Positions 52,825 through 64,000 of a stretch of 64,000 nt of DNA are shown here, in pieces. Position numbers and translations under genes: made by a program. Source of the DNA: Amoebidium appalachense (Eukaryota > Protista > Ichthyosporea); the NCBI GenBank assembly GCA_963693365.1, contig CAVNZM010000008.1:3625572-3689571 (forward strand). Direction: 5' to 3'. A model generated the notes under the pieces. That model was given only the letters and a program-made list of their open reading frames with translations, was not told where the DNA came from and did not search any database. Numbering within the stretch: the first letter of the stretch is position 1; each line of letters starts with the position of its first letter.

Positions 52825-54980
52825 TTATGAGATCAGTGATTTTTTAAACGCGCCCGGCGAGGGGTAGTAGTAATTTTTTTTTTTGGGGGGGGAGGGGGGG
52901 GGGGACCCACCCCCTCTAAGGACAGGTGCCCCCCCCCCCCCCCCCCCACCCCCCCCCCCCCCCCCCCCCCCCGCCCCCCCCGCGGAGGCGGAGGGGGGAG
53001 GAGGGGGAGAGGGACCCACCCAGCTAGCCTGGCGGGGAAAGCACCTACCACCCACCTGACTAGGTGCCCTCCCCCCCTCTCCCCCCTTCCTCCCCCCCCC
53101 CCTCCCCCGCGCGCCCCAGGGACGGGGGGAACCCACCTACACGGCACAACGTGCCACGAATAGTTTAGAATGAGTTAAATTGCTTATGTAATAGTATTAA
53201 GATTTCGCGGCAGTATTCTAAACAAGTTCCCAAACTTTGTAAAACAATGAAGGTTACTACTAGTACTCCTCGATCACCTGCCAGACTCAGACCACACCTT
53301 CCGGTCATATATAGGTATGCTCGAGCTCCCCCCTCCCTCCCCCCCCCCCCCCCCCCCCTCTCCCCCCCGGGCCCTCCCTCACTTTGCGGGCCTGAGCGGG
53401 GCCCGTCTCCAGTCTCCCCACTGCGCGCACAAGCACACACACACACACACACAATTTCAAAAGTAATTCACACGTACTTTCACAGTGGCACACACACACA
53501 CACGAGACTCCAAGCCCGCAATGACCACATTGACAAGCACATGCAGATACTGTAACACTCACCCACACCACACTACAAGTGCACATCCATTCCCTGCCAC
53601 ACAAAAACACACGCGAACACTGCAAGGTGAGCACATGCAATGATTTCGAATGATTTTAGTAATAGTTGGCCGTACCGACGTGATATACGGCAGTTCAAAT
53701 TGGTGGGTGCACGTGGAAAAGAGATGTTTAGCCATCTTGCGCACGCCCGGGGGGGGGGGGGGGAGGGGGGGAGGGGGGGAGGGGGGGGGGGGGGGGAGGG
53801 GAGGGGAGAGGGGGGCGTGTTCCTACCACCCCAGTGGCACCGGCCCAGGCGGGTGCCTTCCCCCCCAGGGGGAGCCTACCCATCCCGCGGAGGAGGTGCA
53901 AGGGGGGGGGGGGGGGGGGGGGGGGAGCCTCGTACAACCCCCGGGGACTTCGATATATATTTACCACTTCCCCGTTTCAAATTCAAAAAACCCTAATTAT
54001 AACTGGGCACACTGATATATAGTCGATCGAGTTCAAGTGAGCAACAAGTGACTGCGGTTCTTGCAGGAGCCTAATAATAAGGCTACTAGTATAATGATCC
54101 TAACGGGCGTAGTACTAGCAGTTGTTTGGGGGGAAGGTAGAGGGGATGCTTAGCCATAGTGTATGCTGGTCAAAGAGCTGTTAGGCTTTTTTGAATCTGA
54201 AATGGGAGGCCGGGTGGGCAGTAGTTAAGTATTGAGGTCCCCCCTGGTGGTGGGTCCCCCCCTTCCCCCCTCCCCCCTCCCCCATGGGGGATCCGGGGGG
54301 GAGGAGTCACCTGCTCGAGTGGTTCGTGGGTCTCCTTTTTCCCAAGCTGTCCGCCCGGGAGGGGGGGGGGGGGGGGGGGGGGGCACCTCTTTGGTGGGGT
54401 GGTGGGTCCCCCCCCCTCCCCCCCCCCCCCCCCCTCCCCCCCCTCGCGGTTAGTTCGACGGGAGCCTCCCTGCCGGCTACAGCTGCGTACCCCCCTCCGA
54501 TGTTCTGCTAGACTTGCCTCCCCTCCTCCCCCCCCCCCCCCCCTCTCCCCCCTCCTCCCCCCCCCCCCCCCCCGTTGGCCCCTCCCCCCCTCACTCCCCC
54601 CTCCCCTCTCATCCGCCACCCCCACCATTGTTCAATGATTTAAGTTTGTACTTCTTTCCTTTGTGATCAGGGCAGAACTATCATGCACTGGGAGTGTGCT
54701 TCTGTGGCTTTTGTGCCATGTAGACATGGGACCGTGTGTGCATGTGTCCGTAAGGTCGATGGGCTTTCGGCACTGCCATACTAATATCACTGTATTGGCC
54801 TGACTGTATGTGAGTCACTGAGACGTCGTGCCACATGTAGTACAAGCTGTGTGGACGATATGCGCTTTTTAGCATGTGCGATGTGACATGGCATTTCACG
54901 TGTGTGCCAGAGATGGGGGTGCGTGCACATGTGTGGATGTCACGATGCATGTGTGTGCCTCACTGGGTTTTTGTCTGTGC

Positions 54981-55061
<81 letters not shown>

Positions 55062-55407
55062 GTGTTGTGTTGTGTTGCGGTCTCGGTATGAGCTTGAGAT
55101 CCTAAGGGGCGCAGAGAAGGAGGTTCCCAAGGGCCCGCGTTGGGGGAGGAGGGGGAGGGGGAGGGGGGGGGGGGGAGGGGGGGGGGGGAGGGGGGGTGTG
55201 CCTAGCTAGTAAGCAGTGCGACCATTGACCCAGGGCCTGATAATTGATACCAATTAGTGGATATCGATGTAGAGAAGGTGCCTATTGAAATAATATCATG
55301 CTTCCAAGTTGTATCCAACAGACTTATTGATATATTAGTCATTTTTGGGTAGGGCCCCCTGGCCAGGGTTGTGGTGGTGGGGGCGGACCTACCCCTTCGA
55401 GGAGGTG

Positions 55408-55484
<77 letters not shown>

Positions 55485-55785
55485 TGAGCCCCCCAACTTA
55501 CTACTACCTCCCTCCCCGTTTCAAAATCAACTGAGCCTTAATATTCATAGTGACTATGAATCAGATGATAATAGTGGATCCGGATACATAGAAAAAGGGT
55601 CAATATGGCATGTTGGGTGAGCCCTCCCTGGGTGGTGGCGCCCTCGAGCCCCCCCTCCCCCCCCCCCCCCCCCCTCCCCCCCCGGGGCCACCACCACCAC
55701 CTACCCCCCCGGAGGGCCCAGGCCCCTCAACCCCGCCCATTTACTGCTACCCCATCCCTTGGCGGACCGTTTCAAAATCCGAGAG
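52825..55785. repeat. Cluster of ~5 diverged copies of a GC-rich repeat in mixed orientation
   Basis: Shared end TTACTACTACC...CGTTTCAAAATC and internal GGGCACCTAG/CAGGGTGGTGG-like motifs at ~52825-53150(-), 53810-54002(+), 54170-54520(-), 55340-55545(+), 55610-55783(+). Confidence 0.5.
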
Positions 55786-55949
55786 TGAGTGTGAGAGTAC
55801 GAGTTTGTGAGTGTGCGTGTGTGTACATGTGTGTGTGTGTGTGCGTGTGTGTGTGTGTGTGTCTGACACGCACGCGTACGTATACATCAAGGCCGTGTGT
55901 GAGTACATGTGCGAGAGTGCGAGAGTGTGCGTGTGTGTACATGTGTACA

Positions 55950-55980
<31 letters not shown>

Positions 55981-57580
55981 TGTGTGTGTGTGTGTGTACC
56001 GTATGATGTGCATATGCACGTACTATATACGTATGTATGTGTGTGCACTGTGTGTGTGTGCCAGCTTTCGCCAACGTTTTCCGACGATCTACGATCTTTC
56101 AGTACATGCTACAGTACTCATAACATGTATTAAGATACATAACATGTATCAAGCCTTTAGACACTCTGATATCATATGATAATGGTGCACTTGCAATTGT
56201 ACATGCCACGTGCTTGCTGCACATGTCACAACTCGTGGCCACGGTGGTGCATGCCACGACCGTCACGTGAGCTTGGCCATTGAGCTCCATTGAAGTCGAG
56301 AAACCACTACAAATCGGGCACTTAGCCTGTGACGTACCACGGTTACCAGGCTGCCGCGTTTGGCCCGTGCCGTTGGGCAAAACAATTGTGCCGTCGAATA
56401 TATCGATATCGATGTGACACCGACCGGAGGTCATTAGTTTGCGTCATGCATATATGTCGCTCCATGCCGAAGTCACGGTGGTGCGTTCTTAGCCAATCGC
56501 TTCAAAGTAGTAGAGATTGTGTCTTCAGTCACGTTGACTACAATGATTAGCGATATGTGTTTTGCCAATACACAGCTAAAGGCCTGTATATAGTAGGATT
56601 TACATGCAATGACCGCGGCCACCCATGGAAGGCTTGGCCATGTATGTGCGGGCTATATAAGTTATGGTATCACATTTCGGCGTGTACACGAAATGGCATC
56701 CTTTGTTTTGTCATCTAACCAATTGAATTGGGGTCCCCCGCGCACGTAGGCTACAGCAGGGTGAGCTTGTACGCTGGGATTTAGAGTTCTAAAAATTGAC
56801 TGAGTGTACACAATTCCAGAAATTGATAGTTTTTGTGAGTCCCCAGGTCCTAAAAGCTTCTGAAAAAATAAGTACAATTACTTCAAGTGGAAGCCTCTCA
56901 TAATGATGCTCGCTTCGAAGCAGACTGTCGACGTCACCCAGTGCTGGTGCTGCGAAAATGCAGAACCCGCTGGCATGTTGTGGCATGTAGATTTCGAAGC
57001 ACGAATGCAAAGAATGTGCTCTACGCTACTGCGATTGGCGAAAGTCCACGAGGAATGGACCAATCGGAGGTAGCAAGGTTTTTTGACAGTCGACTTGTTC
57101 TTTTCTTATTTCCAATTGGTACAGATAAAGTTAGCCAATCATAATAAAGAAAAGAGTGCTAATCACCAATAGAAAGTTGGACATGAGATCATCAATCTGC
57201 TATGCATTAAATCTTAAAACACCTGTTTAACATCGTATTTTCCGCTAGTTAAACTCTTAAAGCTATTTTAAACTACATTTATCAAACTTTCTTAGCGCCA
57301 ATACGGGTGATAAGACGCCGCCGGGTAAGTATATAAAGGAATTCTATCTGCCGTGTCACTTTCAGTTCTACACGGTCTGGGTTTTATCAACAACGCAATT
57401 ATTACAAAAGGCTTACTTGCTTTAGTTTCAGTTAGCGCTATTGCAGAACCACTCACACACCGTTAATAATACGATAATTATAGTAAATTTCTTTCTTCCT
57501 TATCTACAGTTTGCATTACTCGGTCTTATAGTAATTTTGCTGCACGAAGTTCCAGATTTTATTCTCTCTGTAGTAGCGAC

Positions 57581-58804
57581 ATGCAAGTAGCTTCACCTCA
57601 GCCTAACATGATGGGTTCGTCCGTATACATCACTTCTGAGGGTGAATTCGCAAACCCAAACAGGCGAAGCCCTCCCACGCGCACTATTCCTTGCCCAGAA
57701 TGCACCAACTATTACTCTTCGGATGCGTCACTGCGCTCACACCTCAGGAAAGCACACACTGAGCGGAGAATGCTTCCAATCGGCCCCAGGCAAATGAAAA
57801 AGAAGACCGCCCTCGCAGTCCGCCCAGTACCAATCATTTCCTCCAAATCCATTAACAGACAGTATTCTAGCCCCAGTATGATGTCCTACGCACATTCACA
57901 GCCGCCGCACGCCCCAAGATCAGCAGGGTACCCCCTAACAAACGAGTTTGCTTTCAACGACAGAAGCAATTTTCTCGCGCGGATGGAACTTGCACACTTG
58001 CCCACAGTTGCTAGTAGGCCCGGGCATGAGTTTCACGGTGCACGCAGCATGGATATGGAGCACGACCAGTACACGCCTTTTGCCCCTTCTCGTCGCCACA
58101 GTGTACCCAACTACATGCACCAAAATGCATCTGTCGACGCTCTCATGGACACGATTGCTGAAATGGACGCACAGAGCGCAATCCATTCCGTCCCACCTGC
58201 GAGCATGAACCAACGGTTCAGTTTCAGTTTCGATGAGCTTCTCTATAACGCCGTTACGGACACGTACGCACCGGCCTCCCCTGTCGACTATGAAAACTCT
58301 TTTACTACTCCGTTCCACTCAAACCGCTCTCTTGAATCTCTCTCTGAGGACAGTATTGGTTTTCTCTCCCACGGCCACTCTCGTTCTGTTGCTGAGCTTG
58401 TAGCTGAGGAGGACAATGCGATCGTGCAGAGTATGGTGGATGATTTGCGCTCAGTCGCAAAAACATCGATTTTTCCCGGTTCAAATTATGGCTCAATGAG
58501 GGGTCGCCGTGCCAGTTTTCAGGAGACACATTTCGACATTGCGGAGACACTTAGGGAAGTGGAGTATGCAATGACACAGAAAGTGTTTACTGACAAACAC
58601 TTGATGGGGGATGATTTCGTACAAAGGGAGGCGGCCGTGACGAGAAATGGCAGCACGGTTTCTATGGATCTCTACCCGTGGGATTTGCCCACCTCCTCCG
58701 ATTACCCAATCAACGAGAGCGAATTTTCGAACTTCCCGCTCAAGTCCGAGGAAAGCATGTCGACACATGTGTTGCTCAACGAAATGTTCTCCCACCTGGA
58801 GTAA
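57581..58804 (+). CDS. Single C2H2 zinc-finger protein, 407 aa, Ser/acidic tail
   Basis: Uninterrupted ORF; TIPCPECTNYYSSDASLRSHLRKAHTERRML; acceptor-like ctctctgtag just before ATG and a gtaagt donor at ~57325. Confidence 0.88.
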   Translation: MQVASPQPNMMGSSVYITSEGEFANPNRRSPPTRTIPCPECTNYYSSDASLRSHLRKAHTERRMLPIGPRQMKKKTALAVRPVPIISSKSINRQYSSPSMMSYAHSQPPHAPRSAGYPLTNEFAFNDRSNFLARMELAHLPTVASRPGHEFHGARSMDMEHDQYTPFAPSRRHSVPNYMHQNASVDALMDTIAEMDAQSAIHSVPPASMNQRFSFSFDELLYNAVTDTYAPASPVDYENSFTTPFHSNRSLESLSEDSIGFLSHGHSRSVAELVAEEDNAIVQSMVDDLRSVAKTSIFPGSNYGSMRGRRASFQETHFDIAETLREVEYAMTQKVFTDKHLMGDDFVQREAAVTRNGSTVSMDLYPWDLPTSSDYPINESEFSNFPLKSEESMSTHVLLNEMFSHLE

Positions 58805-59641
58805 TCACTTGGATTAGCAGTTGGGATATATATGTGCGTATATAGCAAAAACGAGAATATATGTTTGAGTATAGAGCAGTATAATTATCTGTAATGAAAT
58901 GTTTAATGCAAAAAAAAGTTAGCATAGTATAGTTTTGGCAATATTCGATCTAACGCCAATTGATTGTAAATATGCGTGTTTATTTTATACTGCTATCCCA
59001 TTATACCTTTCAAACAACTTAATGTGTGTCTAGTTCTATATATGTGCATATTATTCTTATGCTGATATCCCGTGCTCTCTCCTTGCATTCATCATATTAA
59101 TGCATAACAAAAGACTGTAGTTCCGTGTTTTCTTCTTCTCAGTGGCGTTCATAATATTAATTTGTACATAGCACGAGCATACCTACAGTTAACTGTTGCC
59201 AGAATTTGTAAATAGCAAATAGGAAAATAGCAACAAGGACTTAACATGCATGTGTTGCCTTGTCAAATATGAACCCGGTAAATCTCAAATACCGGTTATT
59301 AATCATTAAACATGGATCTATAAAAACTTTCAGTCTAATACTCTTATCAAAACACAGCTTTTTCGATTCTATTTTCCAAGTGCTACATTTCTATCCAAAC
59401 ATGTCTGAGGGCACTTCAAACTTAAGGGTACTGAATTGATGAGCCAGGAATAGGCCCCCTCAATCGCGATCAGGCAGATCTACACTTGCATGCGGATGCG
59501 CTAAATATTCATTTTGCACCCTCCCCCCCCCCTCCTCCCCTCCTTCTCCCCCTCCCTCCCCCCCCTCCCCCCCCCCCTCCCCAACCCCATCAAACACACA
59601 CCCACACACATCCACGGCTCTCCGCACACGCACACACATAG

Positions 59642-59681
<40 letters not shown>

Positions 59682-59769
59682 GCACACACACGTGTGATGA
59701 AGGTGTGTGTGTGTGGGGGGGGGGGAAGGGGGGGAGGGGGAATATTTGGATCGTCTGCATGCAAGTATA

Positions 59770-59808
<39 letters not shown>

Positions 59809-59829
59809 GGTTTGCGTGTGCGTGTGTGA

Positions 59830-59888
<59 letters not shown>

Positions 59889-60095
59889 TGTGTGTGTGCG
59901 TGTGTGTGTGTTTGTGTGCGCGCGTGTATGCGTGTGTGTGTGCGTATGTATGCGTGTGTGTGTGTGTGTGTGTGATCGAGGTTGAGAGAGAATGGGGTTG
60001 GACGGGTGCTTGCCCTTAGGTGAAGCCCCCCCTCCCCTCCCCTAACCAACCAATCAAAAAACACAACTCTCTTCTGGATGTCGTCTTAACCACCA

Positions 60096-60152
<57 letters not shown>

Positions 60153-60476
60153 AAAAAAAAAAAAAGAACCACCCACCAACACCACCACTACCACCCTCTC
60201 TACCCGTTCACGTTGGCTTAAAATGTTCCTTCGAGCCAATCTACCCACAATGCTCTAGATCTCTACGATCTTACATCTCCCTAATATGACATTTTCCCAC
60301 ACTTAAATGCTACATGACCCCCCCCCCCCCCCCCCCCCCCCTCCACCTCCCACCCGCCCCGTCCCCCCCCGGCTTGCAACTGCTTCTCCCCTGCACCTCA
60401 AATGCTTCCCGCCCCCACGCGCGCGCACACAAACATGCACACACATACACACGCCTGTGCCAACACACACCCACCC

Positions 60477-60516
<40 letters not shown>

Positions 60517-60973
60517 GCCCTCTCCCAAGGCAGTTATCTATTTCACTTCTAGCCCTCCCTCCCTACCTCCCCCCCCCCTCCCCCCCCCCTCCCCTCCCCC
60601 CCTCACACACCCCCTCCAACCACCCACCAACCACCTACTCCCCAGCCCATTCCCTTCCTCCTGTGGCCCAGATGACCTCAGCCCCACCCCCCCCCACCCC
60701 CTCCCCTCCCCTTCTTCCCCCCTCCCCCTCGTTCGTCCCTTCCCTCTTGCCCTGGCCCTTCCCCTCCCCCCAGCCCCACTCCCTCTAGCCTTGTGCCCCA
60801 TGCACATTCACCCCCCCCCCTCCCTTCGCCCCACACCCCCATTTCCCTTATCCCCGCACGACGCCCCTCAGACTGAGTGCCCAGCAAATGATTGAAGGCT
60901 TGTATTGTCTTTTCAATGCTTATTTTTATCAGTATTCACCTTTGTGTGTGTGTGTGTGGGTGTGTATGTGTGT

Positions 60974-61005
<32 letters not shown>

Positions 61006-61283
61006 GAGGGAGGAATGTGGGGGGGAGGGGGGGGAGGGGGGGGGGGGGGGTTGTTTAATGGATGGGCCTCCCGGTGCACAATGTGGGTTTGCTCCAGATC
61101 ATTTAGGTTTCCGACCCAGATCCAATCAAAATGCACCGAAGCAATCTGGTGGTGTACCTCAATATGCCATGCCAGTATGTGGCACATTTTATATTTAGCC
61201 AATCACACGCTTGCAATAAATGTGAAGAAGCACAGTGATTGGTGCCGTTGCCACACATTCGCTCCCCCCCCCCCCCCTCCCCC

Positions 61284-61339
<56 letters not shown>

Positions 61340-61559
61340 AACCTCCCCCCCTTCCTGCCCGGGCTCGAAACCGAATCCTCCTGGCCTCGTGCTTTCATTC
61401 TTTTTTGCAAACCGCCACATCTCCCCTGCCCCCCCCTCCCCCTCCCCCCCCCCCCCCCCCCCCCCCCCCCCCGTGGCACCGCCATCACCACGAAATACTC
61501 TTGTATGCCTCCCTCCCCCTCCCATTCCCCGGCCCCTCCCCACCTCTCCACCCCTCCCT

Positions 61560-61590
<31 letters not shown>

Positions 61591-62102
61591 CCCTCCCCTC
61601 AATCCCCCCCTCCTCAACCCACCCACCCACACCACCCCTTCCCCCCCGGGCTACCTTTTTGTGCTTTGTCCCCTACCTACTTAATCCTTTCACCATGAGA
61701 ATATTGTACTTTTCTGAGTCAAAAATACAAATCCCTAAACAGCCCCATTTTAGGTTAAGGGGATGAATAACGGGATCCCCCCCCCCCCCCCCCCCCCCCC
61801 ACCATCCCCCCCCCCCCCTCCCCCCCCACCATCCCCCCCCCCCCCCCCCCCCCCCCACCATCCCCCCCCCCTCCCCCCCCCCCCCCCCTCCCCCCAACCA
61901 CCACCACCACCACCTATACTGCATTGTGTTGCCCGTCACCACCACCCACCCATACACCCACCCCTTCCCATTAGCATATCATAGATCTCAGTGCACTTGC
62001 AATATTTTTTTATCCTCAAGTACTATATCACTATGACCCGGGTCTACCTGAATGCAGTGAAACATGCCTTAACTTGGTGTGCTTAACAGCTGCCCCCCCT
62101 CC

Positions 62103-62134
<32 letters not shown>

Positions 62135-62791
62135 ACCACCACCACCACCCCCCTCTGGCGCCCCGCCGCTGCCGCTGCCGCCGTCGAAAACTTCTTTTCC
62201 GCTCCCTCGCGTTGCTTGCCAATTTGTTTCTTGGTATCTCTCCCTCCTCCCCTCCCCTCTCATCCCCTTCCCCCCCCTTCCCTCCTCCCCCCTTCCCCCC
62301 CCCCCTTCCCCCCCCTTACCCACCCCCAGAAAAAAAACAAAAGAACCCAGCACACAGGCACACAGAGATTCTTAAACACCGCCACCGCCACATCCACCAA
62401 AGCCAAACATTCCCCATTTCTACCGACAAACGGACCCCTCCCCCCCCCTCCCCCCTCCTCCCCCCTTCCCCGCCGGGAAACTATGAATGTACCCATACAC
62501 GCTACTACCCTATATATGCAAGCGCTGTCCCTCCCCCCCCCCCCCCCCCCCCCCCCCCCCCGCCACGCCTTCCCTCCAGTTTTTGCTCTTCCCCGCCAAA
62601 ACTTAACAACACATCCTCTGTAGTCATGATATGGCAACTCGAACCACAAGTAAATACCCCCCCCTCCCCCCCCCCCTCCCCCCTTTTCCCCTCCCTTCCT
62701 CTTCCCGCCCCCTCTATCCCTCGGTTTTTTCAATGGCTTCTCACTCAATTCCTTTCCTCCCCTGTCAAAGTGCTCCCACATTCGGGGGGAA

Positions 62792-62822
<31 letters not shown>

Positions 62823-62927
62823 CTGAGGGGCAGCTAGCACTGAGGGCAGAACACATGTGCACACCATCAATATCAGAGCAAGATTACTCCGGTCTACTGC
62901 ATGGTGGGGAAGTCGGAGGAGAAGGAA

Positions 62928-62964
<37 letters not shown>

Positions 62965-63574
62965 GTTCCGGGAGGTTGGCTTATAGCTTCAATGTAATTA
63001 GTTTTGCAGCACACTGGCCCCACAGATGTTCATCGGACGATACCCACCTCGCCTCTGATTGGACAAAACACGATCTGATGACGTAAAAATGACGTGTAAT
63101 CAGGGGGAGAGCGATTCTATCCCCAAGGCTTAGTGACATAAAGGGGCCGTTAGGCCCCGCTAGCGGGGTGTTGGGGGGGCGGCAGCCCCCCCATTTCGGG
63201 CCCAGACACACATGGGGTTATGGTTATTGGGTTTATGTTTTTATTTTGGTGAAATAATATCAAATATATTGTGTGTAAACGGTTTACGCGATGTGATCTC
63301 CCTATACCTAGGGCTTTCGTTGGTGAACCTACCTCCACTGGCCCAAGGTGAAAGTTGATACACAGCAGCAGGGGTGAGTGTGCCCACCACATATGCACCA
63401 GTATATGTTGGCGGCATAATCAACCAATTGCAAGGAAAGAAAGATAATATATTCAGGTGGCGATCGCGATGTGAGCGTGTTTCTTTATTTTTGGCCTTTT
63501 TCGCACGGGAGGCCGGGGGAAGGGGGGGAGAGGGGAACGGGGGAAGGAGAGGGGGAAAGGGGGGCAGGGGGAGT

Positions 63575-63606
<32 letters not shown>

Positions 63607-63649
63607 GGAGGTGAGGGGGGGTATCTCAAACTCGCAAATTTCGCTAAAA

Positions 63650-63761
63650 GAGTAGCCACGTACATATTCATAACGAACATGGAATTCAGGGTGCAAACCA
63701 CATATACGCATGAACATAATGAAGAAAAGGAAGAGCCCATCCTCAGGGGGCCCAAGTCATG
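63650..63761 (-). repeat. Diverged fragment of the 452-bp family
   Basis: Revcomp ATGACTTGGGCCCCCTGAGGATGGGCTCT...ATGTGGTTTGCAC. Confidence 0.6.
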
Positions 63762-63771
63762 AAGAAGGGAC

Positions 63772-63905
63772 TGTGTGAGTGTGAGTGTGAGTGTGAGTGT
63801 GAGTGTGAGTGTGAGTGTGAGTGTGAGTGTGTGAGTGAGTGAGTGAGTGAGTGAGTGAGTGAGTGAGTGAGTGAGTGAGTGAGTGAGTGAGTGAGTGAGT
63901 GAGTG
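63772..63905. repeat. (TGTGAG)n then (TGAG)n microsatellite
   Basis: Seen directly. Confidence 0.95.
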
Positions 63906-63906
63906 T

Positions 63907-63937
<31 letters not shown>

Positions 63938-64000
63938 GGGGGGGGATGCTAATTTGACACATGTATTTTGCACACGTGCGGATTCGGGTTCCTTGGAAAA

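Noticed and set aside
56099-57144. Short ORFs including a CPIC motif upstream of the third zinc-finger gene
   Set aside because: No recognisable domain, non-ATG or weak starts, no consistent splice path

Overview
Eukaryotic genomic DNA, saturated with (CA/TG)n, (GA)n and poly-C/poly-G tracts; most ORFs in the supplied track are translations of these repeats. Protein-coding genes I can support: (1) an intronless endonuclease/exonuclease/phosphatase (EEP) gene at 1801-2631 (-); (2) a ~27-kb gene on + (5855-33067) that I assembled by hand into 20 phase-compatible GT-AG exons, encoding a ~1886-aa Pro-rich disordered protein with arrays of SH3-ligand and Tyr (YxN, YxxM, YDxP) motifs and a C-terminal coiled coil; (3) three paralogous genes with a single N-terminal C2H2 finger (CP..C...DASLR.H.R..H). 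The signalling motifs suggest a holozoan (inference only). Mobile DNA: a non-autonomous hAT element with TIRs and 8-bp TSD, a TTAA-flanked fold-back MITE, a second MITE-like element, LINE RT and copia RNase H relics, and a hairpin-rich 452-bp dispersed/tandem repeat whose copies end at the same point in poly-C. Leading leads: splice sites directly abutted by complementary (GT)n/G and (CA)n/C tracts in place of U-rich polypyrimidine tracts, in a gene with 15/19 phase-2 introns; the 452-bp repeat; and the putative pTyr scaffold. Homopolymer-rich segments may contain sequencing or assembly errors.
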